Made by a program: the position numbers and the translations under genes. DNA of 64,000 nt from contig NC_083223.1 of the NCBI RefSeq assembly GCF_032191835.1, positions 248,372,001 through 248,436,000 of the forward strand, read 5' to 3'. Below the pieces are notes generated by a model that searched no databases, was not told the DNA's origin, and was given only the letters and a program-made list of their open reading frames with translations. This document shows, piece after piece, positions 11,101 through 22,579 of the stretch (the first letter of the stretch is position 1; each line of letters starts with the position of its first letter). The stretch is from Heteronotia binoei (lineage: Eukaryota).

Positions 11101-13711
11101 AATGGTGTCTTGTAGCACCCCCTTGGCCTGTTGCCGGAAGAAGGGTCTGGTCATATCTGGAGAGATCCGCATCAAAGTCCCACCCTCCTATTTTGCTCAA
11201 ATTGATAACCCCACCTCCACCACCACACACATAATTTGACATAAGTCACTTGGAATTCAAATGATGGGGAGAAAAATGAGGCATTTAAACAAATCAGTGC
11301 CTCAAAGGACGGCTGCTTATTGCAGCAATGTCCTGATCCACAGCCCTGGGGAAAAACAGAACTCACTTCCTCCTCTCGCATGTTTCCAGGCAACCCTGAG
11401 ATCTCCTTCTTGAGGAATTTGATGGCGTTGCCCATACTGGCCGAGAGGGGCCGACACTGATTCAGGAAGCTGCAAAGGAAAGCTGTACTCAGCCCAGCCT
11501 AAGGGAGCTGTACTCAGCCCAGCCTAAGGGAGCCCTCTCCAGTAATGCCTACCCTTCCAGAAGGCCCTCTAAATCCCTGTCACCTGATGTAGGGCTTCAG
11601 CTTGTTCACCAGGTCCCGTGAGAGCTCCTCGTTGGCGGGGGTGGTGTAGTCTGCAATGACCTGAGAGGGAGAAAGAAGCCGCCATTGGGAATGCTCCTCG
11701 AATCCCCAGCACAGCAGAACCCCACAACCCACATACCTGTTTGAAGACACGCAAGAGAGAGATGCAACGGGCATTGGAGCCATTGATGATGCCCTGGGAA
11801 TACTGCAGGCCGAGACGCACCACTGCTGGATGAATAGCAGATGCAGGGATGCTGAGGGAGAGCAGGAATGAGCAATTACTACTTTATAGCAATTTACTTT
11901 TATTTATTTAATTGTACCCCACATTTCAATTCTTGGGATTGTCCTCAAGTGGCTTAACAAGTACAAGCAGAGAAATAAAAAGAATGTTGTGGCACATGTG
12001 GGTCATCTGCCTGTGATGGGGATGCCAGCAGTAACACAACCCTCCATAATTCTTGGTCTGCAGTGGGGTTGCTGTGAACTTGCCTGCAACTGCTATCCTC
12101 CCTGTACTTTGCATGAGGGCTGTTTCCTATGCTTATTTCCTTCAGCAGAATAGGCAAAAGAGACCAACTAGCTGCGCTGGATTTGGCAATATGACAGCAT
12201 CAGGATCTTGGGTTTGTGTTCTCTCTCCCCTGAGGTCCCCCAAGCATTTTACACAAGAAAATAAATCCATACAAAACTCCATATCTCAACACACTTCAAA
12301 AGAAAGTGCACATGAAGGGTGTGGTAGGTTATTGGTAGTGAGCATTTTTGCTACCGCAGCTGAACTGTGATATTAAAACAGCCCTGAATCAAGATAAACA
12401 GTGGCTCACTGGGAACTTTTCAGTAGTCTCAGGGATAGCTTGACCACAAAAGAAAACCCCCCAAGAAGAATAATTTGAGAGAGGGACATGCTTTGGCAAT
12501 GCTTGCAGGGCCACACTACAAATGAGGGACTTGTAGTCCACGAGATGTGAGGGACAGTGGCTCAGTGGTAGAGAATTTGCTTGGGAAGCAGAAGGTCCCA
12601 GGTTCAATCCCTGGCATCTCCAAAAAAGGGTCCAGGAAAATAGGTGTGAAAAACCTCTGCTTGAGACCCTGGAGAGCCGCTGCCAGTCTGAGTAGACAAT
12701 ACTGACTTTGATGGACCAAGGGTCTGATTCAGTATAAGGCAGCTTCATATGTTTATATATGAGACCCTGATTTGGATTGGGCGCCAGCACAGTGACCCCA
12801 GGAGCTCCTGTTTTCACCTCCATATCTTTCCAAGTGTAGAAATAGACAAGCTGGATCAGGGCCTCACAGCAAATTTCAAAAGCAGACAGGGTCAAGAGCC
12901 TGGGGGTGCTGTTGGAGCCGTCCCTAAAGATGGAGGCTCAGATAGCAACCACTGCCAAGTCCGCGTTCTTTCATCTTAGACGGGCAAGGCAGTTGGCCCC
13001 CTTCCTGGACCGCGACGACCTAGCAACAGTGATCCATGCTACGGTCACCTCGAGATTGGATTACTGCAATGCCCTCTACATGGGGCTGCCCCTGTGCCAG
13101 ACCCGGAAATTGCAGCTGGTGCAGAACGCCGCGGCCCGGCTGTTATTGGGCCTCCCAAGGTGGGGGCACATCCGGCCGGGCCTTCGGGCTCTGCACTGGC
13201 TTCCAATAACATACCGAGTCCGGTACAAGGTGCTGGTCATTACCTTTAAAGCCCTATATGGCCTGGGACCTGCCTACCTGAAGGACCGTCTCTCCCCACA
13301 CGTTCCCCAGAGAGTACTGAGGTCTGGGACTCAAAACCTTCTCACCATCCCCGGGCCCAAGGAAGTCCGTCTCAAGACAACCAGAGACAGGGCCTTTTCT
13401 ATAATGGCCCCCACATGGTGGAACCAGCTGCCGGAAGAGGTGAGGGCCCTGCGGGATCTTACTCAGTTCCGCAGGGCCTGTAAGACAACCCTCTTCCGGT
13501 TAGCTTATGCCGACTAGATAAATGTAGCTTATCAGATTTTAGTGAAATATACTGGATAGTTTTAATGTTAAGATTTTAATGTTTTTAGGTTTTTTAAATG
13601 TTTTGACTTTTAAATGTATTAACTTTGTACCTTGTTTTATTGTTTTGTCGTTGTTGTGAGCCGCCCTGAGCCACTCTGTGGGAAGGGCGGGATATAAATT
13701 ATAGAATAAAA

Positions 13712-13758
<47 letters not shown>

Positions 13759-16700
13759 ATGAACCACAAATGCTTCTAAAATGCCATTTGCAGCCACAGG
13801 ATGGACCCAGGTGCCTTGTCTGTTTGATTATTAACTGTATACTGGAATTTATGGAGGGAGAAGGTAGAAAAAGAACTACTTTTCTCCCTTTCTCACGATA
13901 CAATAACTCGTGGACACTCAATGAAATTGCTGAATAGTCAGGTTAGATTGGAGAAAAGGAAGTACTTCTTTATCAAAAGGGTGATTAGGAGCGCAATCCA
14001 GAGGGGAGGGGCGGAAAGTCTTTTGGAAGCAGACGAGCTAGAACGTGGGTGCAGGAAGGTTTCGCACCGATGTACGACCGGCGCCGCCAGAGCAAAAGGG
14101 AGGTACTGGGTGGGAGGCCGCCCGAGCAGTGCCCTGCCCAAGGGCAGCGGTGCCTGAGGGCTGCGCCCAAGCACGGGTGGAAGTGAGGCGGAGCGCGGTG
14201 TTCAATCAGAGAAGGGGTGGAGTTGGGGGCGCAGCCAGGCTTAGGCGGCTTCCTGAGCAGTTCGGCCCATGACATCCCCCCCCCCCCCCGAGAGGCGCCA
14301 CTTTACACCTGCAAAAATGGCGGTGTGCCCCATAGACACTCATTGAAACTAAAAACAAAGGTTGCCGCAGCCACTGCAGAAGCTCGGAAACCCCCTAGGG
14401 AGCGGCGTGATTGCCTCACCCATCCCCTCATGGCTCAGGCTGATGAGCCCCCTCCCCATCACCCAATCACGGTCTCCCCCCTCCTAGAAATACTTCTGCT
14501 CTGGCCTCGCACAACTTTGTTGTTAGGAAAAGGAGCGAATGGCGGGAGGTTCTGCCGGTGAGCTCCCGGCCATATGGACTTAGAGTGAGGGACAGACAGG
14601 CACACTGGTGATGGGTTCTGCATCTCGCGGTTGCTTTGACAGTATCTTTGCCTTGCGAGGGGGAGAGAGAGGTCTCTCCCCTGAGGCTAACTGCTCTTGT
14701 TTCCAGGTCTCCACAGGTGCCGGGCTCCTGGAGGCTCTGCATGCGAGGACTGTCGCCCATGACTGGGTAAGTTCCATTGTCCCGCCCTCCCCCTCGACCA
14801 CTTGGTGTGCGAGTGTCTCTGGCACATGAACCAGGCAGTGGGCTCGGGCAGGGGGCATCTGCTGACCCCGCTTCCCTGTGCTGCCGCCTGCTCCCTGCCC
14901 TTGGTCTGCCCTCTGCCGCGTTCCCAACCCCTGGCAGGGCACGAGGTACGTGTGCGTGGCAGCTGCCCCGATGCGGGGAGGTGGGTCAGAGACAGTCCCT
15001 TTAAGAGAGCAGCCAGCTGAAACGCAGCCTGTTCTTCCAGCTGCCGCCCCTGCAGGTGCTCTTGATTTGTCTCTGTTTTGCAGGTGGGACTCCAACACAG
15101 AGGCTTCCGCATGTGCCGCTCCACCGCCCCCCCCCTCCCTCAGCTGCTTCTGCCCGCCGTTCGGAGCAGAGCCCCGCCCACGGTGAAACTGCCCAGTGTG
15201 TGCCAGGGAGACTGTCGCACTCTGTTCCAGAAAAATAAAGTCTGAGCTGTGGCCTCTGTTGTCTCTCCCGCTTGACATCTGCTGCACGTTCCCTGGGCAA
15301 CCCCTCCCCATCAGTGGCCACTCCGAGGGAATGCCTGGGAGGGTGGGCAGACTTGGGTTGGGAGGAGTCTATGAGCCGCCACACTGCCCCCCGCGTGGCT
15401 GGACTGGGGAGGGGAGTGCCACCCCTCAGCCTGCCCGGGCTGACAGCCTACCCGACCCCACATGACTGTTGTGCGCAGGGCACTAAGGGGGGGCTGATGA
15501 AGTGGACTCAGAGTTCCGCGGCTGATGCACGCCCCAGGGGAGGTGTTCTGTGCACATGGCAGGGGGTGTCAGGGCAACACAGGGGGTCTCTGGGTGGGGG
15601 GGTGTCTGCTGCTGGGCTGCTCACTCCCAGACACATATTCCAGCTGCTGTCTATGACAGCGAACTCCTGCACTTGGTACTTCCTGCTTGCCTGCCTGCCA
15701 TTGGTAGAGTCTCTGACAGCAGGAGGGTGTGAGGGGATTGATGGCTTCTCCGTGGTCCTGTGCAGGCCTGTCCCACCCCCACCCCACCCGCCACCTTGCC
15801 AGGCTTCTCATGTGCGCATGCCCAGCCTCACTCCTGTTCCCTCCCTGTGTTGGTGGGCCGTCTCTCCTTTGCCTGTGATGGTCTGCCCATCACTGGCTCC
15901 ATTCTCTGTTTGGGGGCGGGTTGGGGATGGCTATCAGCCTCTCTGGGGCTGCCCCTCCCCATCCCTGACGGTCATGAGCCATGGCGCATGCACCAGGACT
16001 GGCCAATGGGGGGGGGGGGCTGGCCCTCCCCTCCAGCTGCCTCCGCCTCCCTTCCGTGCCTCCGCCAGCCCAGCAATGGCAACCGTCTCCCTCACAGCAA
16101 GCTACCCCTCTCCCCTCCCCACGCTCCAGCGTGCCGAAGTCCTCAGGAAGTCTACTAGTGGCGCACCAGCTACACCGTGGCCGGCCTCCCCTTATCTCTG
16201 GAATGGGCTGCCCGACGTGGAATTCACTGCCACAGGAGGTGGTGGTGGCTACAGGCATAGCCAGCTTCAAGAGGGGATTGGATAAACATATGGAGCAGAG
16301 GTCCATCATTGGCTATTAGCCACAGTGTATTGTTGGAACTCTGTCTGGGGCAAGTGATGCTCTGTATTCTTGGTGCTTGGGAGGGGCAACAGTATGAGCA
16401 CTTCTAGTGTCCTGGCCCCACTGATGGACCTCCTGATGGCACCCGGGAGTTTTGGCCACTGTGTGACAGAATGTTGGACTGGATGGGCCATCAATCTGAT
16501 CCAACATGGCGTCTCTAATGTTCTTATTATTGTATTTATTGTTTTATTGTTACCTGCCCTGAGCCCTGCTATGCAGGGGAGGGAGGGCTAGAAATCAAAA
16601 TAAATAAATAATCTTGTAGCTTGGTTCCCAGTACAATCCTAATCAGATGGTGCATTCACACTACACTACATAATGCGTTTTACATCTGGATTTTTGCTGT

Positions 16701-19700
16701 TCTAACACAGAAATAATCCAGGTGTCAAATGCATTATTTAGTGTAGTGTCAATGCACCAAGAGTTATACCTTTCTTAGCCACTGATTTCAAAAGATTTAG
16801 AAGGGTTTAACTGTTTAGATTGAACATTCACAAAGCTGCCTTATGCTGAATAAGACCACTGGTCCATCCAGGTCAGTATTGTCTACTCAAACTGGCAGAA
16901 ACCCTTCACGGTCTCAGGCGGAGGCCTTTCATCTCACTTCCTGATCCTTTTTTAACTGGAGTTGCCCATGACTGAACCTGTAACCTGGGACCTTCTGTAA
17001 GCAAATCAGGGTCTCTTCCACCAAGCCACAGCCCTCCCAGTTACGTGTTTCCTTGGAGGCCCGCCTGCAATCCACCAGGGACAGGGCCTTCTCCATAACA
17101 GCTCCTTTCTGGTGGAACCAACTGCCGGAAGAGGTGAGGGCCCTGTGGGACCTTGGTCAGTTCCGCGGGGCCTGTAAGACAGCCCTCTTCTGGCTGGTTT
17201 ATAATTAACTGGCATTGGAAGCTGAGTGTAGTTCTGATAGACCGCCGTTATATGTTTTATTATTCTACTGTTTTAATTATGTAAGATGTTTTAAATTCAA
17301 ATTATGTTAGATTTTTATGTGTTGTGAGCCGCCCTGAGCCACTTCAGTGGGAAGGGCGGGATATAAATAAACTTGAACTTGAATACAAGAAGGGGATCCA
17401 CCAATGAATGGCATCTAAGTACCAACAGCTGCCTTGGCAAGACAGGAGCAGTTTCCCAGTCTCGACAGGGCCTTTATCCAGGTCTCAGTGAGATGGCCAA
17501 AGGTGTGTTGTCCATCTTTCCCTTTCCTCTAAGAGCGCCTGGCTCAGTTGTTCAGTTCTGGGCACCCCCTTTGAGTCCCACTGTGATGGAGTCCCTTTTG
17601 CAGGGTTTCAGTGCATCCTCACCACCACATGCAAGCACCCACCTCATTTGCTGTGTGAGCAACACTTTGCGGCTGTACTGGTGCAGATGGGAGAAGAGAC
17701 TGACTTTGGCACCGTAATCCGGTCTCAAAGGCACCTGGGCAGATAGCAAAGAACAGAACTGAAAGACACCTGCACTTCCTGGCTACCAGCAAGGGGCTCC
17801 CTTCCTGTATTTCACCCTCTCCTACAGCTTCTTCACTCTGCATATTCCTACTTCAAAATAATTTCTATTATGTGTTGATTTGCAACATTCTTGCATGTCC
17901 CCTTATAATTACAAGATGGAGGGCAGAGTGATTTGCCCAGTACCTCCCAAATCATCTTCCCCCAAGCCCACAGCTCAGCTCCAACCCCAGACCACGCAGG
18001 CAAACACTGGCCTAACACTCACAGCCACCATCCAAATTCAAAACCAATGAGGGGCAGAGTATAAGCCTCCCAAGAAACCTTGGACTAGCAGCTCTTGCAT
18101 TAGCCCCCCAAATGTTTGGGGGCTGATTACCTACAAATGTGAGAGCCAGTGTGGTGTAGTGGTTAAAACTGTCAGACTTAGGGCTGCCAACCTCCATGTG
18201 GCACATGGAGATCTCCTGCTATTATGGTTGATCTCCAGATGACCAAGATCAGATCTCCTGGAAAAATGGATGCTTTGGAGAGTAGACCCTATGGGTGATT
18301 ACAGACTGGCACTTTGAGCTGACTCAGAGACAGCTCTCACATCAACCCAAAAAACCCTTCCACACATAAACGTCTGCCACCTGTCCCCGTCCCGTCTGCA
18401 TCTGGAAGTGGAAGGGTCCAAGGGAGGCGCCTTGGTGATGTGAAACCACCACGCTGCCCAAAGCCATTTCCAGCTTTTTTGCCTTTTGAAAACCTAACCA
18501 AAGCACATAAGTGCACAAGCACTTGACACTTCAGGAGAAAAAAAGAGCAGTCCAGTTTCTGAGGCGCCCCCCCCATCTGAGTGTGCCAAGTCGCCTTGCA
18601 GACGGGATGGGGCTGCCTCACCGGGGAGCATGTGGAAGCTTCAGAGCAGCTCTTTTTGAGCTGGCCCAATTCGGGACCCCTCCCAACCTCCACAAACTGC
18701 CCATCTGTTATCACCCTATGAGATTATATCCTGTTGAAATCTCTCCCCTCCCCAAACCCCATCCTCCCCAGGCTCCACTCCCAAAATCTCTAGATATTTC
18801 CCAATCCAGAGCTGGTAACTCTAGTCAGACTAGCATCTAGAAGATCTGGGTTCGAATCCCTAGTCATGCCATGGAAGCTCATTGGTTTACCTTGGGCCAC
18901 TCACACACACTCGATCTAATTTACCTCACAGAATTGTTGTGAGGATAAAATGAAGAAGAGATTGATACAAGCTGTCTTCCCATTGGGGAAAAAAGCCAGG
19001 TACAGATGACAGGGCCGGGTTTAGGAGAGGGCAAGTGGGGGTGCTTGCCCCGGGCACCATCACGAGGGGCCCCAAATTGGCCATCCTCCCACGCTTTTCT
19101 CCTCCCCCGGTCCGTGTGCACAGACTGGGGGAGGAGAAAGCAAGGGTGTTTGCGCCGTCCTCGAAGCTGGAGATGCCGCAAATGCTGCCTCAGCCCCTTT
19201 CTCCTCTCTCGGTCTGTGTGCACAGACCCAGGGAGGAGAAAATGAGGGCATCCCGGCGTGGTTTGCACCATCCTTGAAGCAGAGGCCAATACAAACACCA
19301 CTCCCCCCCTTTTTCCTCCTTGGGTCTGTGTGCACAGACCCAGGGAGGAGAAAGCCAGGGCATTCCTGTGGTGTTTATGCCGGACGGTGCAAACACTGCT
19401 CCCGCCCCCTTCTCCTCCTTGGGTCTGTGTACAGACCTGGGAAAGAAAAAAGGGGCGGGCAGAAGACTGGGGCTGCTTTGTGGGGGTGGGGTGCCTTTTA
19501 GTTTTGCCCCTGCTCAAAAAATGGGTAGATCCGGCCCTGAGAGATGAAGTAAATAAAAACATTTCAGGACTGCTTCCTACAGCTAAAGCAAAGCAGCAAG
19601 CCACAGGGCTGTTGAAACTAGGCATCCCCACTCCTACCTGCTGTCGCTCCAGCTTCTTGGCCAGTTTCTTAAGTGCAGCCGGGTCATCGACTTGCACGTG

Positions 19701-20542
19701 TTCGGGGAGCCGCTTCACCACTAGGAAGGGGTGGGGGGGAGGAGAAAACCAGGTCAGGGACGAGGCTGACCCAGGGAGGCTCATTCCCACCCGAAGGGGT
19801 CGCCGGAGCAGAGTCCTACCTGGCTGGGCCTCGCTAGGCACGAGCCGAGGCTTGGCGGGTACGGCGGCGGCCGGGCTCTGCTGCTCTCCTTTCTTGGTCT
19901 GCTTCAGGGCCCGGTCGGCCTCCTGCTTGGCCCGCCGCTCCGCCCGCAGCTCGGCCTTGCTTTTGCCACCCGCGGCCTTGTCAACGGCCATGGCAGGGGC
20001 CGCCGGCGTTCCTAGAGGGAGGGAGGGAGTGAGAGGGTCAGGAGCCAGGGCGCGGCTTCCCTCTCGACCAGCCAAGCCTCGGCGGAGACAGGGGGCGCTT
20101 TTCCCCACCGCGATGGGGGAACTTCCAGCAGCCAAGAGGGAGCCAAACGGTTGCCAGGCTTATGTCCATCTGCCCACCCGCCCCGTTCAAGGCTGCGCTC
20201 GCTCCCTGGCCGGGCCCCATCGACAACCTGACAGCGACGGCGGCGGAGCACTGCTGGGTGCAGGTTGAGCGAGGGGGGCTCCCTCCTGCTGTTGTTGCTG
20301 CCGCTCCGGCTGCTCCTCTTGGCGGCGCTGCTTCTTTTTCTGCTTCTTCTCTTTGCGGAGCTGCAGCTTCTCCTCGTGGGAGAGCTCCGTGCCGGGCCCC
20401 TGCAGAGGTGACCGTAGGTTTAGTCAGAGCGGACCGGCGCCTCCCGCCGCAGCCTCGGCCACCCAACCCGTACCTGGATCCGCTCCGCGCTCGACGGTGG
20501 CTGGACGCCTTCCCTGGCCTCGCGGATGCGCTGCTCCGCCAT
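8145..20542 (-). CDS. EIF2B4: Translation initiation factor eIF-2B subunit delta (529 aa, 12 coding exons)
   Basis: Exons (5'->3'): 20542-20474, 20399-20228, 20011-19820, 19720-19638, 17734-17643, 11851-11737, 11660-11584, 11469-11367, 11127-11000, 9824-9647, 9225-9045, 8344-8145. All are GT-AG, phases are consistent, and the total is 1590 nt. Motifs [77 protein letters not shown]...VPVVLRVK match eIF2B-delta. The first exon is the least certain. Confidence 0.96.
10408..10685 (+). mobile_element. tRNA-derived SINE (Squam3-like); further copies at about 8530-8700(-), 40570-40730(-), 45360-45590(-), 58783-59050(+)
   Basis: A-box tggtgtagtgg, B-box ggtttgattcccc, body ctcctccacttgcacctgctggaatggcc, L2-type tail gtgagcc...atataaat; near-identical copy at 58783. 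Confidence 0.85.
12551..12751 (+). mobile_element. tRNA-derived SINE with CR1-type tail (Squam2-like), intact copy
   Basis: gggacagtggctcagtggtagag (A box) ... ggttcaatccc (B box) ... gtagacaatactgactttgatggacc...gcagcttcatatg. Confidence 0.85.
12900..13760 (+). mobile_element. 5'-truncated L2 LINE with (AAAT)n tail
   Basis: ORF 12906-13517: [14 protein letters not shown]...[12 protein letters not shown]...LHWLP (L2 ORF2 C-terminus); 3' end gtgagccgccctgag...gggcgggatataaat then an (AAAT)n run. A shorter L2 3' piece lies at ~17040-17380. Confidence 0.92.
13863..16530 (+). mobile_element. CR1 3' fragment split by a 2.2-kb insertion (13863-13987 and 16215-16530)
   Basis: ...aagtacttctttatcaaaagggtgatta | acgtggaattcactgcc... 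reconstitutes the contiguous CR1 sequence seen at 45185-45235. Confidence 0.85.
13988..16213. mobile_element. GC-rich 2.2-kb non-autonomous element with imperfect TIRs (possibly PIF/Harbinger-like)
   Basis: Left end ggagcgcaatccagag vs reverse complement of right end gcagcccattccagag (13/16); cleanly interrupts a CR1; left flank TTA, right flank lacks a matching TSD; no recognisable transposase. Confidence 0.6.
16649..16758. mobile_element. Palindromic MITE
   Basis: ggtgcattcacactacact ... agtgtagtgtcaatgcacc inverted termini (18/19). Confidence 0.65.
18142..18990 (+). mobile_element. Nested cluster: SINE interrupted by a hAT MITE (18179-18823), itself interrupted by a Harbinger-like MITE (18293-18716)
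   Basis: Perfect 8-bp TSD GTCAGACT (18171-18178, 18824-18831) around TAGGGCTGCCA...TGGTAACTCTA; inner element GGGTGATTACAGA...TCTGTTATCACCC with 3-bp TSD TAT; SINE A box lies before and B box (gggttcgaatccc) after the insertion. Confidence 0.85.
19010..19539. mobile_element. Non-autonomous hAT element with four internal ~44-bp hairpins
   Basis: TIR CAGGGCCGG...CCGGCCCTG; TSD acagatga/agagatga (7/8); repeated palindrome TTCTCCTCC..GGTCTGTG-TG-CACAGACC..GGAGGAGAA at ~19096, 19198, 19311, 19409. Confidence 0.85.
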
Positions 20543-20750
20543 TGCCTCTCAGTGCTAGCCAGAAGCCGACGGCAGGCGACTGGAGCCGCGAGGCAGCGAC
20601 GCCTGCTGGAGGGAGCGAGGGCGTCAGGCAAGACGGAAACAAGGGCGCAAGGTCGCCTGCAGCGGCGGTACTGCGGAGGCCCTCGCTGCCCAGCCCTGAG
20701 CATGCCTACGGGGACTGCGGCTGTGCCCATAGCGATGGGAGGTGGGTGGA
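19780..20750 (-). promoter_or_regulatory. CpG island covering the first EIF2B4 coding exons (candidate promoter)
   Basis: Very high GC and CpG density across three exons and their introns; in-frame stops (TAG, TGA) upstream of ATG 20542 show the upstream segment is UTR. Confidence 0.6.
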
Positions 20751-21546
20751 GAGAAGGGGATTGTCCCTCGCCAATCCTTCTCCTGGGAAGGCAGCTCTGC
20801 GCTCCCCCAGTGATCAAATGACTGGTTTAGGCCAGTTTTCCAGCCTGTCAAGGTCATCCTGTTTCTGTCTTCTTCTGTGTTTGCAACCCCTCCCAATTTA
20901 GTATCATCCTGGCCCCACTGAGGGACTTTCTGATGGCATCTGGGTTTTTTGGGCACTGTGTGACATGAGAATGTTGGACTGGATGGACCATTGGCCTAAT
21001 CCAACATGGCTTCTCTTATGTTCCTGTTGCGCCTGCATCTGGATGCCGGTGGGGCGGCAAGGGGTTCGACCAGATCACCTGCATGTCAATGGGACGTAAA
21101 GAAAGGATCCTCTGGAGTCTAGGGACTGGGGTCTCTGCCCACAGGGACATTGCTGAGAAGTTGAATGCATGTTTTGTCTGACTTTTTTGCTGAGGAAGAT
21201 GTTACATTAGGTGCTGTTTTCAGGCAGAGGGATTGATTTCAGTAGTCTTGAGATTACTACTGGACATAGGTGTGCACTAGTACTTGGGCCTTTTCAGAGT
21301 CGAATAAAGCGAGGACACAACAGAGGCATTTCAAGTTATTGTGCATGGTGTGCAAAGAATTTATCTGGAAGCAAAGGGTCTGCCAATGAGTCACTGCTTC
21401 GGATGTTTCTGAAAAAGTGAGCCCTGAGTCAGTGACTCATGAAAGCTCCTACCCTGCCACAAATTTTGTTAGTCTTTAAAAGGTGCTACTGGCATCTTGC
21501 TCTTTTCCACTGTTACAGACAGACAGCACTCCTCAGAGGAAGAGGG

Positions 21547-21810
21547 GAGTGTGTGTGTGTTAAGTGCCATCAAGTCGCTTCCTTCTTATGATGACCATAC
21601 CCATGACCTCCAAAATGTCCTCTCGTTAACAGCCTTGCTCAAGTCTTGCAAACTGATGGCCAATACTTCCTTTATTGAGTCAGTCCATGAACATTTCATG
21701 TTGGGGTCTTCCTCTTTGCTGCCTTCAAGTTTATCATTAGCATTATCATCTTTTCCTGTGACTCTTGTCGTCTCATAATGTGGCCAAAGTACAATAACCC
21801 AGTTTAGTCA
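21547..21810 (-). mobile_element. RTE-BovB / Sauria-SINE-type 3' fragment
   Basis: (gt)n-ttaagtgccatcaagtcgcttcc... followed by ttattgagtcagtccat...ggtcttcctct...atgtggccaaagta, the reverse of a BovB-like 3' end. Confidence 0.65.
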
Positions 21811-21883
21811 CGTTAGGGAGAGTTATCTACTATACTGTAGCACACAGTAGACGTTTCCTTGAAATTGGAGCCAAGACAGGCTA

Positions 21884-22468
21884 ACACATGCACACTCTGT
21901 CACACACACACAATATAATATATAGTGTGTGTGTGTTTGTGAGAGTGTGTGAGACTGGCGTGTGTATGTGTATGCAGGGCTTTTTTGGTAGAAAAAGCCC
22001 AGCAGGAACTCATTTGCATATTAGGTCACACCCCCTGACATCACTATTGTTTCAGATAGGGCTTTTTACAGAAAAAGCCCAGCAGGAATTCACTTGCATA
22101 TTAGACCACACCCCCTGACACCAAGCCAGCCGGAACTGCGTTCCTGCTTTAAATAAAACACATGCACACTCTCTCACACGCACACTATATATATGGCATG
22201 TATATATAGTGTGTGTGAGAGAGTGTGCATGTGAGAGAGTGTGTGTGTGAGACTGGTGTGTGTATGTGCATGCAGGGCTTTGTTGGTAGAAAAAGCCCAG
22301 CAGGAACTCATTTGCATATTAGGTCACACCCCCTGACATCACTATTGTTTCAGATAGGGCTTTTTACAGAAAAAGCCCAGCAGGAACTCACTTACATATT
22401 AGACCACACCCCCTGACACCAAGCCAGCCAAAACTGCGTTCCGTCTTTAAAAAAAAAAAAAAGCCCTG
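21884..22468. repeat. Tandem duplication (~21884-22156 and 22157-22468) of a CA/TA/GT microsatellite block plus a CAGGG-type hAT MITE (21975-~22150 truncated; 22273-22468 complete)
   Basis: Both units start aacacatgcacactct and contain cagggc(t)n(g)gtagaaaaagcccagcaggaactcatttgcatattagg; the second ends aaaaaagccctg. Confidence 0.85.
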
Positions 22469-22579
22469 TATATATGCCAGTGCAACACCCACTTATGTGC
22501 AACACCCATGCCTGTCTGGCATGTTTGTTGTAACATACAATTTTTTTGCAGTTTAAAGGAGATGTGTGACTGCAAAAAT

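Noticed and set aside
11481-11530. 25-bp tandem duplication just upstream of an EIF2B4 acceptor
   Set aside because: Simple slippage duplication; the acceptor and polypyrimidine tract are unaffected. Similar trivial duplications at 31954-32047 and ~53283-53340.
12906-13517. 203-aa and 205-aa ORFs (also 45876-46493, 4790-5401) as host genes
   Set aside because: 5'-truncated L2/CR1 ORF2 C-termini with retroposon tails and no promoter.
15272-16285. 337-aa ORF and other long ORFs in 14000-16300
   Set aside because: Low-complexity GC-rich open frames in all six frames with no domain motifs; the ORF runs across the element/CR1 boundary.
19095-19450. CRISPR-like array (palindromic repeats with spacers)
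   Set aside because: Vertebrate intron, no cas genes, spacers are homologous to one another, and the array lies inside hAT TIRs with an 8-bp TSD.
18921-20817. Long ORFs of 404, 336 and 259 aa
   Set aside because: They read through EIF2B4 exons, GC-rich introns and the hAT element; only the exon portions are genuine.
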